Notes: generated by a model from the sequence alone, not told the origin. A DNA stretch of 64,000 nucleotides from a virus (IMGVR_UViG_2851775564_000002:34219-98218), one strand, 5' to 3'. Counted from the first letter of the stretch, positions 18,704 through 27,851 are shown. A program made the numbers and translations.

Positions 18704-19018
18704 TTATTTTATTGATTTTATGAATTTAGAAAGTAGTTCAAGTTGTTCAGGAGTTAGGTCTTTAGCACTATTTAATAACTCTTTAAGCTGTTGATTAAGA
18801 ATAACAGGTTCTGAATTATTATCATCATTGAAGAATTCAGAAAGAGTAATTTTAAAGTGATTACAAACTTTAATTAATAAATCAATTGATGGTTTTGCAG
18901 TACCTTTTTCAATCTTATTTATGGTTGAAGGGTCAACACCAATTGAAATAGCTAGTTTATTAGCAGATATATCATTAAGTTTTCTTATTTTTATTAATCT
19001 TTTACCAATATTAATCAT
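18704..19018 (-). CDS. XRE repressor 2
   Basis: SANKLAISIGVDPSTINKIEKG..PSID..LSEFF. Confidence 0.88.
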   Translation of the reverse strand: MINIGKRLIKIRKLNDISANKLAISIGVDPSTINKIEKGTAKPSIDLLIKVCNHFKITLSEFFNDDNNSEPVILNQQLKELLNSAKDLTPEQLELLSKFIKSIK

Positions 19019-19031
19019 AACATTACCTCAT

Positions 19032-19135
19032 TTGAATATAATTCAACTTTAATTATACAGTAATAATTAACTTAAAAAAATATTGGATTATATTCATGAA
19101 GTTCTATTGACATGTTGAATTAAATCCAATATAAT
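19032..19135. promoter_or_regulatory. Switch 2: three palindromic operators and consensus sigmaA promoter
   Basis: TTGRAT-N3-ATYCAW at 19032, 19083, 19115; TTGACA 19107 - 17 nt - TATAAT 19130. Confidence 0.85.
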
Positions 19136-19149
19136 TAATTTGTAAGGAG

Positions 19150-19407
19150 GTGAAAATAGTGCTTGGCGACAAAATAAAAAAGCTAAGAGAAAAACATTCT
19201 TTAACCCAAATACAACTTGCTGACAAGGTTAACGCAGATATATCCACAATTTCAAAAATAGAAAATAACAAGTCCAATCCATCATTGCCTATGCTTTATA
19301 AAATTGCTAAGGTATTGGATTCTACTCCAGATGAATTAATAAAAAATACTGAAATAAAATATTTTAAACTGAAATCAGAAGAAACTAAAAAGGAGGTAGC
19401 GAGCTAA
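19150..19407 (+). CDS. Cro-like XRE protein 2
   Basis: LTQIQLADKV..STISKIENN..PSL; divergent from repressor 2. Confidence 0.88.
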   Translation: MKIVLGDKIKKLREKHSLTQIQLADKVNADISTISKIENNKSNPSLPMLYKIAKVLDSTPDELIKNTEIKYFKLKSEETKKEVAS

Positions 19408-19467
19408 TGGATAAACAACTAGAGCAGCGAATCAAGCAACTTGAGCAAAGGGTAACTGCTCCTGAAG
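19388..19467 (+). repeat. 80-bp imperfect direct repeat, copy 2
   Basis: See 18309-18388. Confidence 0.85.
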
Positions 19468-19601
19468 GACAGGTTCAAGAGCAGTCAAGTGCAAAAATAG
19501 AAATTACAAATGTAGATGAATTTAAAAAATTAATTGCCGAAGCTATAGAAAAGTTAGATAAAATTAAAAATTTTAAATTCAATATTAAAGTATCTGACTA
19601 A
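19407..19601 (+). CDS. Small hypothetical protein
   Basis: RBS AGGAGG; TAATG coupling. Confidence 0.6.
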   Translation: MDKQLEQRIKQLEQRVTAPEGQVQEQSSAKIEITNVDEFKKLIAEAIEKLDKIKNFKFNIKVSD

Positions 19602-19602
19602 A

Positions 19603-19839
19603 TTATTTTCCAAAATCATCAAACATCTTTTTTAAATCATCAAGTGATTTATTTACTGATTCTTTTGTGGAATCGAAATTAGAATCTTTTTTAAGTGTAA
19701 TTCCAGTTTTACAATGCGGACAGGTTATCGTTTTGCCAGCATCGTTAAGTGTATAAGGTATTTTACTTTTGCATTTTGGACATTCCATGTCAAGTTGTGC
19801 ATTGCCATATAGAGAATCAAAATTTAAATCATTACTCAT
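19603..19839 (-). CDS. Small zinc-ribbon moron protein
   Basis: CPKC and CPHC; own promoter; opposite strand. Confidence 0.7.
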   Translation of the reverse strand: MSNDLNFDSLYGNAQLDMECPKCKSKIPYTLNDAGKTITCPHCKTGITLKKDSNFDSTKESVNKSLDDLKKMFDDFGK

Positions 19840-19866
19840 AAATTATCACCACCTTTCATGGTGATA

Positions 19867-19895
19867 AAATTCTACAAAATATATAAAAATCCTTT
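19867..19895 (-). promoter_or_regulatory. SigmaH-type promoter
   Basis: AAAGGATTT-N11-GTAGAATTT. Confidence 0.65.
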
Positions 19896-19932
19896 TATAT
19901 ATTAATTTTAGCAGTAAAAGGAAGTGATTTAA

Positions 19933-20379
19933 ATGGACAAAGAGTGCAGAAATATCTACCAAATAGCAAGAGAAAGTGCAGGCTTGACTCAAGAAAAAGC
20001 ATCCGAGTTAATGGACATATGTGTTGAAAGCCTGAGGGCATATGAAAGTGGTAGAAGAATACCACCGGATCGAATAGTTATCAAAATGATAGAGATATAT
20101 AATACGCAGTATCTAGCATATCAACATCTTAAAACAAGCGCTGAGGTAGGACAGAAGTATTTGCCTGACATTATAATTGAAGATTTGCCAGCATCAATAT
20201 TAAAACTTCATACAGAGATTAAAGATTATATTGATTGTGAAGATTTACTCATGGGAATCTGTTCTGATGGAAAAGTTAGTGAAAATGAAGCTTGTGATTT
20301 TAAGAAGATATGTAAAGAACTTGATGATGTACTTGAAGCAATTTACACTTTTAAATTTTCTAAGAAGAAATCTGAATAG
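19933..20379 (+). CDS. XRE-HTH phage regulatory protein
   Basis: AGLTQEKASE..SLRAYESGRRIPP. Confidence 0.8.
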   Translation: MDKECRNIYQIARESAGLTQEKASELMDICVESLRAYESGRRIPPDRIVIKMIEIYNTQYLAYQHLKTSAEVGQKYLPDIIIEDLPASILKLHTEIKDYIDCEDLLMGICSDGKVSENEACDFKKICKELDDVLEAIYTFKFSKKKSE

Positions 20380-20395
20380 AGAGGGGTTGAAATAA

Positions 20396-20623
20396 ATGGA
20401 CAATGAAATACTCTATACAGTTGATGAAGTAGCCATGAAGTTAAAAACTAATAAAAATATGGTATATGACTTGATAAGAAGAGGATATATTTCAGCATTA
20501 AAACTTGGCAGATTAAAAGTAACGAAGTTTGAACTTCTAAGGTTTGCAAAATGGGCACAGGGTAAAGACTTTACTAATTTGGACAATGTAAAAGATCTTA
20601 CGTTTCAAAAAAAGGAGGCGTGA
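20396..20623 (+). CDS. Excisionase-like HTH protein
   Basis: LYTVDEVA..LK..VYDLIRRG.I.A.KLG. Confidence 0.8.
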   Translation: MDNEILYTVDEVAMKLKTNKNMVYDLIRRGYISALKLGRLKVTKFELLRFAKWAQGKDFTNLDNVKDLTFQKKEA

Positions 20624-20707
20624 AAAGTAAGTAGCTTAGTAAAACATGCTTAAATATGTAGGTTATTGGAAGTTGGTACCAAAATATAAAGAAACGGAGG
20701 GGAATAA

Positions 20708-20984
20708 ATGAACGACTTACAGATTTTTAAAGATCAGCAGTTAATCCCACTAAAAGAAAGGTAGAAAAGGAACTGACTATAATATGCCAACTCAGAGAGC
20801 CATGGATCTAGGATTATTTTCTATAAAGGAAACATCAATAAGCCATTCGGATGGACACATAAGTATATCTACTACTACCAAAGTGACAGGGAAAGGGCAA
20901 ATATACTTTGCGAACAAATTTAAAGAGATTCAGGATAAGAATTTAATGGATAGGAGGGCTACCAAATGCATCTTAGAAAATTAA
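20708..20984 (+). pseudogene. Internally deleted antirepressor (N-terminal stub plus KilAC-type C-terminus out of frame)
   Basis: MNDLQIFKDQQLIPLKER* then RKGTDYNMPTQRAMDLGLF..TKVTGKGQIYF in +1 frame. Confidence 0.75.
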
Positions 20985-21118
20985 CCAGGAGGCAAAAGGA
21001 CATTTTAAACAAAATGGACATGGACCCAAAGAATTATTTAAGCCTTAAAAAGGATTTTGAAAGCTTTACAGTTGTTGATATTAGAACTATGAAGCCACTT
21101 AAACCAATCAGATATTAG
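20966..21118 (+). CDS. 50-aa phage protein not in the ORF track (MHLRKLTRRQK...)
   Basis: RBS AGGAGG, ATG 20966, TAG 21116-21118. Confidence 0.6.
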   Translation: MHLRKLTRRQKDILNKMDMDPKNYLSLKKDFESFTVVDIRTMKPLKPIRY

Positions 21119-21134
21119 GGGGTGAGAAATAAAA

Positions 21135-21371
21135 ATGTTTGATGCAGAGGAAGTAAAAGGTTACAGCAAGCTAGGAACTGTTGATATTATGATAAAACGC
21201 TTATTCGAAAAGGCTGCTATTAAGATAACTTATGATGAACTTGAAGAAGTATTGCAGATTACTACAGATGATATAAGAGAAAATCGCATTAAATTTGGGA
21301 AGAGGACGAGTTTAGAGCAGATGGTTACTATTGCACTTAGAGTCTATTGTGTTTTAAAAAAAGTGGCATGA
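21135..21371 (+). CDS. Phage hypothetical protein
   Basis: RBS GGGGGTG; early operon. Confidence 0.6.
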   Translation: MFDAEEVKGYSKLGTVDIMIKRLFEKAAIKITYDELEEVLQITTDDIRENRIKFGKRTSLEQMVTIALRVYCVLKKVA

Positions 21372-21592
21372 AAGGGGGTGAAATAGATATGCTTTCAAAT
21401 GCACTTAATAAAGTCGAGAGTTTGGTATTTGAACATAACTACGGATATAAAGAAGCTATAGATGAAGTTAAATATGAACTTGATGGAGATAAGATTTATG
21501 ATCCAAAGACAGGACAAACCTTAAACAGTATTGATGAAGCTACACAGAATCAGTTAGAAGAAATTTTAGGTATAAAAAAGACCCTCTGGTAA
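21347..21592 (+). CDS. Phage hypothetical protein (true start probably downstream ATG)
   Basis: RBS GGGGGTG before MLSNAL. Confidence 0.55.
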   Translation: MCFKKSGMKGGEIDMLSNALNKVESLVFEHNYGYKEAIDEVKYELDGDKIYDPKTGQTLNSIDEATQNQLEEILGIKKTLW

Positions 21593-21640
21593 AGGGTAAA
21601 AGTTTAAATAAAAAATTCATTAATCCCATTTTATCGTGAA

Positions 21641-22618
21641 ATGGGGAAAAAATCAAATATGGAGGGAGAAAGATTGTACAAGGTATTAGTTAAAACTAAA
21701 GATATGACAGAACTAGAATGGCTAAAAAGCAGACAGCATGGCATTGGCGGTTCTGATGCTGGAGCAATTATTGGAGTAAATAAGTGGAGAACACCATTTC
21801 AAGTATACATGGATAAAACTCAAGAAATAAATGAACCTAGTGAGCAAAGTGAAGCTGCTTACTGGGGGACTGAACTTGAAGATCTTGTTGCAAGAGAATT
21901 TTCAAAGAGGACAGGTAAAAAGGTTAGAAGGAGAAATGCAATACTTCAAAGTACTGAATATCCTTTTATGACAGCAAATTTGGATAGAGAGGTAGCAGGT
22001 GAAAAGTCATTACTCGAATGTAAAACAGTAAATGCTTTTGGAGCTAAAGAATGGGATTCTGATGAAATACCTGCAAGTTATTTAGTACAAGTCATGCATT
22101 ACTTAGCAGTAACAGGGTATGAAAAAGCATATATAGCAGTACTTATAGGTGGGCAAAAGTTTCTTTATAAAGAAGTAGATAGGGATGAGGAGCTTATAAA
22201 AATGATTATAGATGCAGAAAAGAATTTTTGGGAGAATTTCATAGTTAAAAAGGTACCGCCTCCACTAGACGGATCTACAGCAGCAGAAAAATATTTAAGG
22301 GAAAGGTACAGCGCTTCAACTCCTGAAACTAGTGTGAATCTAAAGTCTGAATATAAGGACAAGATAAAGGATTATTTTGAACTTAAAAATACAATTAAGG
22401 ATTTAGAATTACAGGCTAAGAAAATTGAAAATAACATAAAACTTGAACTAGGTGAAGCCGAGGTGGGATATGCACCTGATTATGAAATTGACTGGAAGAG
22501 CATAACTTCAAATAGATTTGATAGTAAGGGATTTAGGAAAGATCATCCTGAGTTATTTAAAGAGTATCTAAATACGAGTTCGTACAGGAAATTTAGTATC
22601 AAGGAGGTAAAAGCATAA
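21641..22618 (+). CDS. YqaJ-like viral recombinase exonuclease
   Basis: GIGGSDAG, ANLDR, LLECKT, Y..QV.HY. Confidence 0.93.
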   Translation: MGKKSNMEGERLYKVLVKTKDMTELEWLKSRQHGIGGSDAGAIIGVNKWRTPFQVYMDKTQEINEPSEQSEAAYWGTELEDLVAREFSKRTGKKVRRRNAILQSTEYPFMTANLDREVAGEKSLLECKTVNAFGAKEWDSDEIPASYLVQVMHYLAVTGYEKAYIAVLIGGQKFLYKEVDRDEELIKMIIDAEKNFWENFIVKKVPPPLDGSTAAEKYLRERYSASTPETSVNLKSEYKDKIKDYFELKNTIKDLELQAKKIENNIKLELGEAEVGYAPDYEIDWKSITSNRFDSKGFRKDHPELFKEYLNTSSYRKFSIKEVKA

Positions 22619-22806
22619 TGTCAAATCCAGCATTTACAGCACTTATAGATAATTTTAATGTTCAATTGGCGTCTATGAACAGGAACAATTTTAAAATGTA
22701 TGATCCAGGTGATTCAGAGTACTTTATAGATTCAATTTACTATGACAGTGATGAGGACAAGATAATGTGCAATTTTAAAGAAGATTTGAGAAGAGAGGGT
22801 GAATAA
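22618..22806 (+). CDS. Small hypothetical protein
   Basis: RBS AAGGAGG; coupled to YqaJ gene. Confidence 0.6.
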   Translation: MSNPAFTALIDNFNVQLASMNRNNFKMYDPGDSEYFIDSIYYDSDEDKIMCNFKEDLRREGE

Positions 22807-22809
22807 TGT

Positions 22810-23679
22810 ATGGCTACAAGCAAGAGCTTAAAAAATGAATTGGCTAAGAAAGAAAAGGAAAAGTTACCTAAAGATCCATTCAAGGCTTTAGTGTATTCAG
22901 CAGGAATAAAGAAAAGATTTGAGGATATGCTTGATAAACAAGCTGATGGTTTTATAACAAGTTTACTTAATTTAAAGCAGGATAAATTAAAGAAATGCGA
23001 CAACATGACAGTTTTGGGGAGTGCCTTAAAGGCAGCTTCCTTGAAACTTCCGATAGATCCTAACCTCGGTTTTGCATGGATTATACCATTTAAGAATCAT
23101 GGGAAGCTAGAAGCACAATTTCAAATAGGATACAGAGGATTTATACAGATGGCTCAAAGGTCCGGACAGTATAAAAAGTTAAATGTTACGGAGATTTACG
23201 AAGGACAGCTCAAAAGTTTTAATCCACTTACTGAAGAGATAGAACTTGATCTTGATAATAAACAATCTGATGCGGTTATTGGATATGCAGCGTATTTTAG
23301 ATTGCTGAACGGATTTGAAAAAATGGTTTACTGGAGTAAAGAAAAGGTAACATCACATGCTAAAAGGTTTAGCAAAAGTTTTGGCAACGGACCATGGAAA
23401 ACAGATTTTGATGCTATGGCTAGAAAGACAGTATTAAAGAATATGTTATCTACTTGGGGTATCTTAAGTATTGATATGCAGGAAGCAGTCATAAGTGATA
23501 ATAAGATAATTAAGACTGACGAAGAGAACTATGAACTTCTTGAGGAAGGAACAGAAGATCCTCAGGGAGTAGAAGCTACTGATGTGGAGTATACCGAAGC
23601 TGGAGAAGATACAAATAGTTCAGATGATGGTAAAGATCCATACGAAGGTACACCATTTTCGGAAAATACTAAGTCATAA
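22810..23679 (+). CDS. recT: RecT-family single-strand annealing protein
   Basis: LPIDPNLGFAWIIPF, QFQIGYRGFIQMAQRSG, FDAMARKTVLK. Confidence 0.93.
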   Translation: MATSKSLKNELAKKEKEKLPKDPFKALVYSAGIKKRFEDMLDKQADGFITSLLNLKQDKLKKCDNMTVLGSALKAASLKLPIDPNLGFAWIIPFKNHGKLEAQFQIGYRGFIQMAQRSGQYKKLNVTEIYEGQLKSFNPLTEEIELDLDNKQSDAVIGYAAYFRLLNGFEKMVYWSKEKVTSHAKRFSKSFGNGPWKTDFDAMARKTVLKNMLSTWGILSIDMQEAVISDNKIIKTDEENYELLEEGTEDPQGVEATDVEYTEAGEDTNSSDDGKDPYEGTPFSENTKS

Positions 23680-23703
23680 GGAGTTATTGAACTATGGGAG
23701 AAG

Positions 23704-24597
23704 GTGATTACATTGGCTAGGCCTCAAAAAGAAGGATTGGAATATTTTCCTCTAGATGTAGATATGGATCAAGATGATAAAGTTGCACTTATAGAAGCAC
23801 AACATGGATTAGTTGGTTTTGGTGTAGTAGTTAAGTTATTAATGAAAATTTATAAACACGGTTACTTCTATGAGTGGACAGAAAAACAGCAATTATTGTT
23901 TTCAAAGAGGGTTAATGTAGACATTAACTCACTTAATGCAATCATTAATGATTGCGTTAAGTGGGAATTGTTCGATAAAAATGCCTTTGAAACTTACAAC
24001 GTACTTACTTCCAAGGGAATTCAAAGACGTTATATAGAAGCAGTAGGGAGAAGGCAAAAGGTAAAAATATACAAAGAATACCTACTTTTAGATGATGAAA
24101 CCATTAATGTGTACAAAAACTTAGTTATTGTTGACATTAACTCTAATAACGAGGAAGTTAATGCAAACATTAATCCCCAAAGTAAAGTAAAGGAAAGTAA
24201 AGTAAAGAAAAGTAAAGAAGAGAGAGAAGGAAAAAAGGTTTCTGATGACAGAAACTCTCTCTCTGAAAAATCACTTGAACTTTGTAAATATTACGAAACA
24301 TTAAAACCGGGTGAAAGTATAAGCAAACATGTGGCAGCTTTAAACGTGTTTATAAAAACTTATGGGTATGATTGGTGCAAAGAAGCACTACTCATAACTA
24401 TCAGCAATAAAAATAGCTTTATAAAAGAGTATATGGCTAAAATACTAAAAAATTGGGCTGCAAATGGCAAGGAAAGCAGCACTAAAAACGTTAAGTATGG
24501 CTGCCACAAGGAAAGTACGTTTAATAATTTTGAGCAGAGGGACTATGATTTTAAAGACTTAGAGAGAAAACTTTTAGGAATAGATGGAAAGGGATAG
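23704..24597 (+). CDS. Phage replication initiator (DUF4373-like N-terminus, DnaD-like C-terminus)
   Basis: ARPQKEGLEYFPLDVD, LTSKGIQRRY, Y..KILKNW, FNNFEQRDYD. Confidence 0.85.
   Translation: MITLARPQKEGLEYFPLDVDMDQDDKVALIEAQHGLVGFGVVVKLLMKIYKHGYFYEWTEKQQLLFSKRVNVDINSLNAIINDCVKWELFDKNAFETYNVLTSKGIQRRYIEAVGRRQKVKIYKEYLLLDDETINVYKNLVIVDINSNNEEVNANINPQSKVKESKVKKSKEEREGKKVSDDRNSLSEKSLELCKYYETLKPGESISKHVAALNVFIKTYGYDWCKEALLITISNKNSFIKEYMAKILKNWAANGKESSTKNVKYGCHKESTFNNFEQRDYDFKDLERKLLGIDGKG
23911..24174. repeat. Iteron-like 18-bp palindromes inside initiator gene (probable origin)
   Basis: GTTAATGTAGACATTAAC 23911 and variants at 23932, 24124, 24157. Confidence 0.65.
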
Positions 24598-24603
24598 ATT
24601 GAA

Positions 24604-25431
24604 TTGAAACTTAAGAATTTAAGCAATATCAAATGGATTGGTGGCAAACATGGGAAAGAAGAAAGATACCTTAAGCTTATGCCTGAACATAGAATATTTG
24701 CAGATGTTTTCTTTGGATCAGGGGCAGTTACTTTTTACAAAGAAACTATAAGACCTGCTGATATGACAGTTATCAATGACATAAATGATAGACTTGTAAA
24801 TTACATGATGGTCCTAAAAGATGATCCAGGAAGTCTTTATAAAGAGTGCAACTCACTTCCGTATTCAGAGAGTTTGTATGAAAAGTGGAAATGGGAACCA
24901 TGGCCAGAAGATCAACTTCAATCGGCAGTTAGGTTTTATTATTTAATGCGTGTTTGTTTTGGCGGTGGAGGTCACAAGTACAAGAATGGTATAGGGCTTT
25001 CAAAGACACAGAATAAAGCTAAACAGTTAGTTTCAGCAACGAAGTTAATCCCTAGGATGGCAGGGTTAATAAAAAACTGGAATATACTTTGCAGGGATTT
25101 TGAAGAAGTAATAAGGTTTTATGACACCAAGGATACGTTGTTTTTCTTAGACCCACCGTATATAGGACATGAAGATATGTATTTCGGAGGATTTAAAAGG
25201 GAAGACCACATAAGGCTAAATAAGATTCTTGAAAACATAAAAGGCAAAGCTATGGTTTGTTACTATCCGGATCCATTAGTAAATGAATTATATTCTGATT
25301 GGTACCGAGCTGAGTATCATACGGCCAGCCAAATAAAAAAGAGAACTGATGGAGATAAGTGTCCGGTACGGACTGAATTAATTTTAATGAATTACAAGCC
25401 AGAAGTTACAGAACAATTGAAAATTATATAA
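24604..25431 (+). CDS. DNA adenine methyltransferase (Dam-like)
   Basis: WIGGK, FFGSG, INDIN, DPPY. Confidence 0.92.
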   Translation: MKLKNLSNIKWIGGKHGKEERYLKLMPEHRIFADVFFGSGAVTFYKETIRPADMTVINDINDRLVNYMMVLKDDPGSLYKECNSLPYSESLYEKWKWEPWPEDQLQSAVRFYYLMRVCFGGGGHKYKNGIGLSKTQNKAKQLVSATKLIPRMAGLIKNWNILCRDFEEVIRFYDTKDTLFFLDPPYIGHEDMYFGGFKREDHIRLNKILENIKGKAMVCYYPDPLVNELYSDWYRAEYHTASQIKKRTDGDKCPVRTELILMNYKPEVTEQLKII

Positions 25432-25585
25432 AAGCACAGCACATAAATATGCAAATTTTAGTCGAAAACAGGGTAAATTTTAAGGATAGGTGTACAAGTA
25501 ATATAATTACACATTTTAAAATAAAAGTTGCTTAGAATTCGTGTATGAGAGTTTTAGAATATTAAAAAAATAGTAGGTGATGAAG

Positions 25586-25750
25586 ATGGACCTCAAAACT
25601 CCTAAAGAAAAGGCAGAATGGACTTACAAAATGATACAAAGGGAAAGGCAAAATAAGAAATACGAGCAAAGGCGAATGGAAAGTGATTTGACTGCTATTG
25701 GTATAAAAGGTTTTGAAAAAACATCAAGAAGGAAGGCAAGGCAGATATGA
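25586..25750 (+). CDS. 54-aa basic protein not in the ORF track
   Basis: RBS AGGTG; ATGA overlap with next gene. Confidence 0.5.
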   Translation: MDLKTPKEKAEWTYKMIQRERQNKKYEQRRMESDLTAIGIKGFEKTSRRKARQI

Positions 25751-26148
25751 ACTGGACTCAAGAGGAATATGATGAGTTTTTAAAGCGAAGAGGTCAAGCA
25801 GCAGAAAAACCCAAAATTAAGGTACAAAAATATAGAAATAAAGGTGTTTGGTATGATGGATTGTATTTTAGATCTCAATTAGAGTGTCAGAGATATTGCC
25901 AACTGAAGCTATTATTTAATGCAGGAGAAATAGCAGGATTCATATTGCAGCCTGAGTTTGTTCTTCAGGAAGGCAATGGAGAAAATAAAGCAATAACGTA
26001 TACTGCTGATTTTTTAATATTGAATAATGATGGAACATACGATGTTGAAGATACTAAGGGTTATGAAAGTCAGCAATGGAAAAGGACGTATAAGCAATTC
26101 AAGCTGAGATATCCTAAAGTAGATTTAAAGATATTAAGAGAGGTTTAA
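25747..26148 (+). CDS. DUF1064 PD-(D/E)xK nuclease-like protein
   Basis: KYRNK..DG..F.S..E, LQPEF, Y.ADF, VEDTKG. Confidence 0.88.
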   Translation: MNWTQEEYDEFLKRRGQAAEKPKIKVQKYRNKGVWYDGLYFRSQLECQRYCQLKLLFNAGEIAGFILQPEFVLQEGNGENKAITYTADFLILNNDGTYDVEDTKGYESQQWKRTYKQFKLRYPKVDLKILREV

Positions 26149-26150
26149 AA

Positions 26151-26363
26151 ATGGATAGATGTCTTATCTGCCATAGGAAACTAAAGGATTCTGAAAGTAA
26201 GAAAAGAGGAATAGGACCGACCTGTTGGCGTAGGGTTATGAAGGTAGTTGAGGAGGACAAGGAACGGAGAAAAGCCAACATAGCCAAAAGAAGAAGATCA
26301 ACTGGGGAAATACCAGGGCAGATAAATCTTTTTGAAATGGGTGAAGAGGACGAAAAAATGTAA
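26151..26363 (+). CDS. DUF6011-like zinc-finger protein
   Basis: C..C.RKL.D.ES..RGIGP.C. Confidence 0.75.
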   Translation: MDRCLICHRKLKDSESKKRGIGPTCWRRVMKVVEEDKERRKANIAKRRRSTGEIPGQINLFEMGEEDEKM

Positions 26364-26368
26364 GGAGT

Positions 26369-26572
26369 ATGCATTATATAAGAGAAGGTGAAAAAATGAG
26401 AAGTGCATGGTTAATAAATTTTAAAAATGGTTATAAAGCTATTTTATCGGAGAAAATTTATGCTGAAAAATACCAAAAAGAAACTCCTAAAAAGGATGCT
26501 GAAAGTGAAGAACATTGGTTTAGCATGGAAAGTTGTATAGAAAAAAATCCTAATGTAGATGTATTTGATTAG
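26369..26572 (+). CDS. Hypothetical protein
   Basis: ORF in operon with RBS. Confidence 0.5.
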   Translation: MHYIREGEKMRSAWLINFKNGYKAILSEKIYAEKYQKETPKKDAESEEHWFSMESCIEKNPNVDVFD

Positions 26573-26577
26573 TGTGG

Positions 26578-26621
26578 AAAATGAAATTTTTACGAATCAA
26601 AGTTAAGGGGGAATTAAAATG
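26578..26621 (+). repeat. Gene-boundary linker repeat
   Basis: 40/44 identical to 29004-29047; shorter copies at 27250-27265 and 28363-28383. Confidence 0.8.
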
Positions 26622-27251
26622 TTTTGTTTGACAAGATATGATATGAGATTTGGAGATATATTTATCCCTGCAAGAACTAAATGTACTGTAATAAATAAGA
26701 TAGTTGATGATATAGTAGACGCACCTGGAATTCAAGTGAAAATGTCTGTAGACAACTATGATATTAAAAGACATTATAAAGAAAATGAAAATAAGGTAAT
26801 TAAATATAATCAAAATTTAAATGATGCTTCTCTTTATGGCTTTGTTATAGATACAAATACAGAAGCAGTTTATATGGATGCAGGAGCAAATATCTATTTT
26901 CATGCAGGCGTTTATGATTGGCAACTGGAAAAAATTTTTGGCAAAGAAAACTTGCCTAAGAATTTAATTATAGGAAAATATGAATATAACGGCAAAGATG
27001 CCAAACTTAGAACAGTTATAGAGTACCTTGAAGATGAATTTAGCGAATGGGTCCAAAATAATTGTGAGTTTTATGCTCTTGATGAAGATGATATTGAAAA
27101 TGGAGAAGGATTTGATGGGGCACAACCTGGAGACAAAATCTTATCAAGTTTTGGATTACAACAATTTTATATAAAAAAACTGGAATATCAAAACAAATTA
27201 GAAACTATTGGATTTACTTATGATTTTAAAGGCGGACTAATTTGGGACTAA
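26619..27251 (+). CDS. Hypothetical protein
   Basis: 210 aa, start supplied by the linker repeat. Confidence 0.6.
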   Translation: MFCLTRYDMRFGDIFIPARTKCTVINKIVDDIVDAPGIQVKMSVDNYDIKRHYKENENKVIKYNQNLNDASLYGFVIDTNTEAVYMDAGANIYFHAGVYDWQLEKIFGKENLPKNLIIGKYEYNGKDAKLRTVIEYLEDEFSEWVQNNCEFYALDEDDIENGEGFDGAQPGDKILSSFGLQQFYIKKLEYQNKLETIGFTYDFKGGLIWD

Positions 27252-27566
27252 ATGAAATTTTTACGTCCAGGAGGTGAAAAGATGCTGGAAAGTGCAAAGG
27301 TAACATTAAGCTATAAAGAGCTTAAGGAATTGGTAGATAAAGCTGACATGTCAGAAACGTTAGATAAGGAAAATTTAAGGTTGGAAAAAGAACTTGAAGA
27401 TAAGACTGAAAGAAAGGCACCAGATAAAGTATTGGATATATTGGTAAAGGCAAGTAACTGTAAAACATTGAAGGGTAAGCAAACATATATAGAAAAATGC
27501 ATTGAAATATATTGTAAATTCTTCAATATACCTATGAAAGAATTATTAATATCAGAGGAGAAATGA
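27252..27566 (+). CDS. Hypothetical protein (likely start MLESAK)
   Basis: RBS AGGAGGTG. Confidence 0.55.
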   Translation: MKFLRPGGEKMLESAKVTLSYKELKELVDKADMSETLDKENLRLEKELEDKTERKAPDKVLDILVKASNCKTLKGKQTYIEKCIEIYCKFFNIPMKELLISEEK

Positions 27567-27567
27567 T

Positions 27568-27708
27568 ATGGAAGAATTAACTGAGCTAGAAAGGTTGAAA
27601 CTTTCTTTAAAATACAGCATCTCAGAGAAACATAAAAAGATACTTAAATCTAAGATTGACAAAATCAAGAACAGAGGGAATAGCAGTGTGCAACAAAGCT
27701 TTTTATAG
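27568..27708 (+). CDS. 46-aa hypothetical protein not in the ORF track
   Basis: RBS GAGGAG; abuts previous stop. Confidence 0.5.
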   Translation: MEELTELERLKLSLKYSISEKHKKILKSKIDKIKNRGNSSVQQSFL

Positions 27709-27718
27709 GGGTGATTGA

Positions 27719-27826
27719 GTGAAAGTATTATTTGAATTTATAGTTTTGTATATAACAGCTGCCGTAGCATGTGTTGGAATAATGGCTGCGGGTGTAAAGA
27801 TACTTAGAATTAGGCATAGACAATAA
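27719..27826 (+). CDS. 35-aa single-TM peptide with basic tail
   Basis: RBS GGGGTG, GTG start, hydrophobic core. Confidence 0.45.
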   Translation: MKVLFEFIVLYITAAVACVGIMAAGVKILRIRHRQ

Positions 27827-27851
27827 TAAAATTTAAGGGGAGGATTTCAAA

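Noticed and set aside
24180-24218. AAGTAAAG tandem repeats in the initiator gene
   Set aside because: Encode the K/S/V/E low-complexity linker usual in phage initiators; not treated as a separate element.
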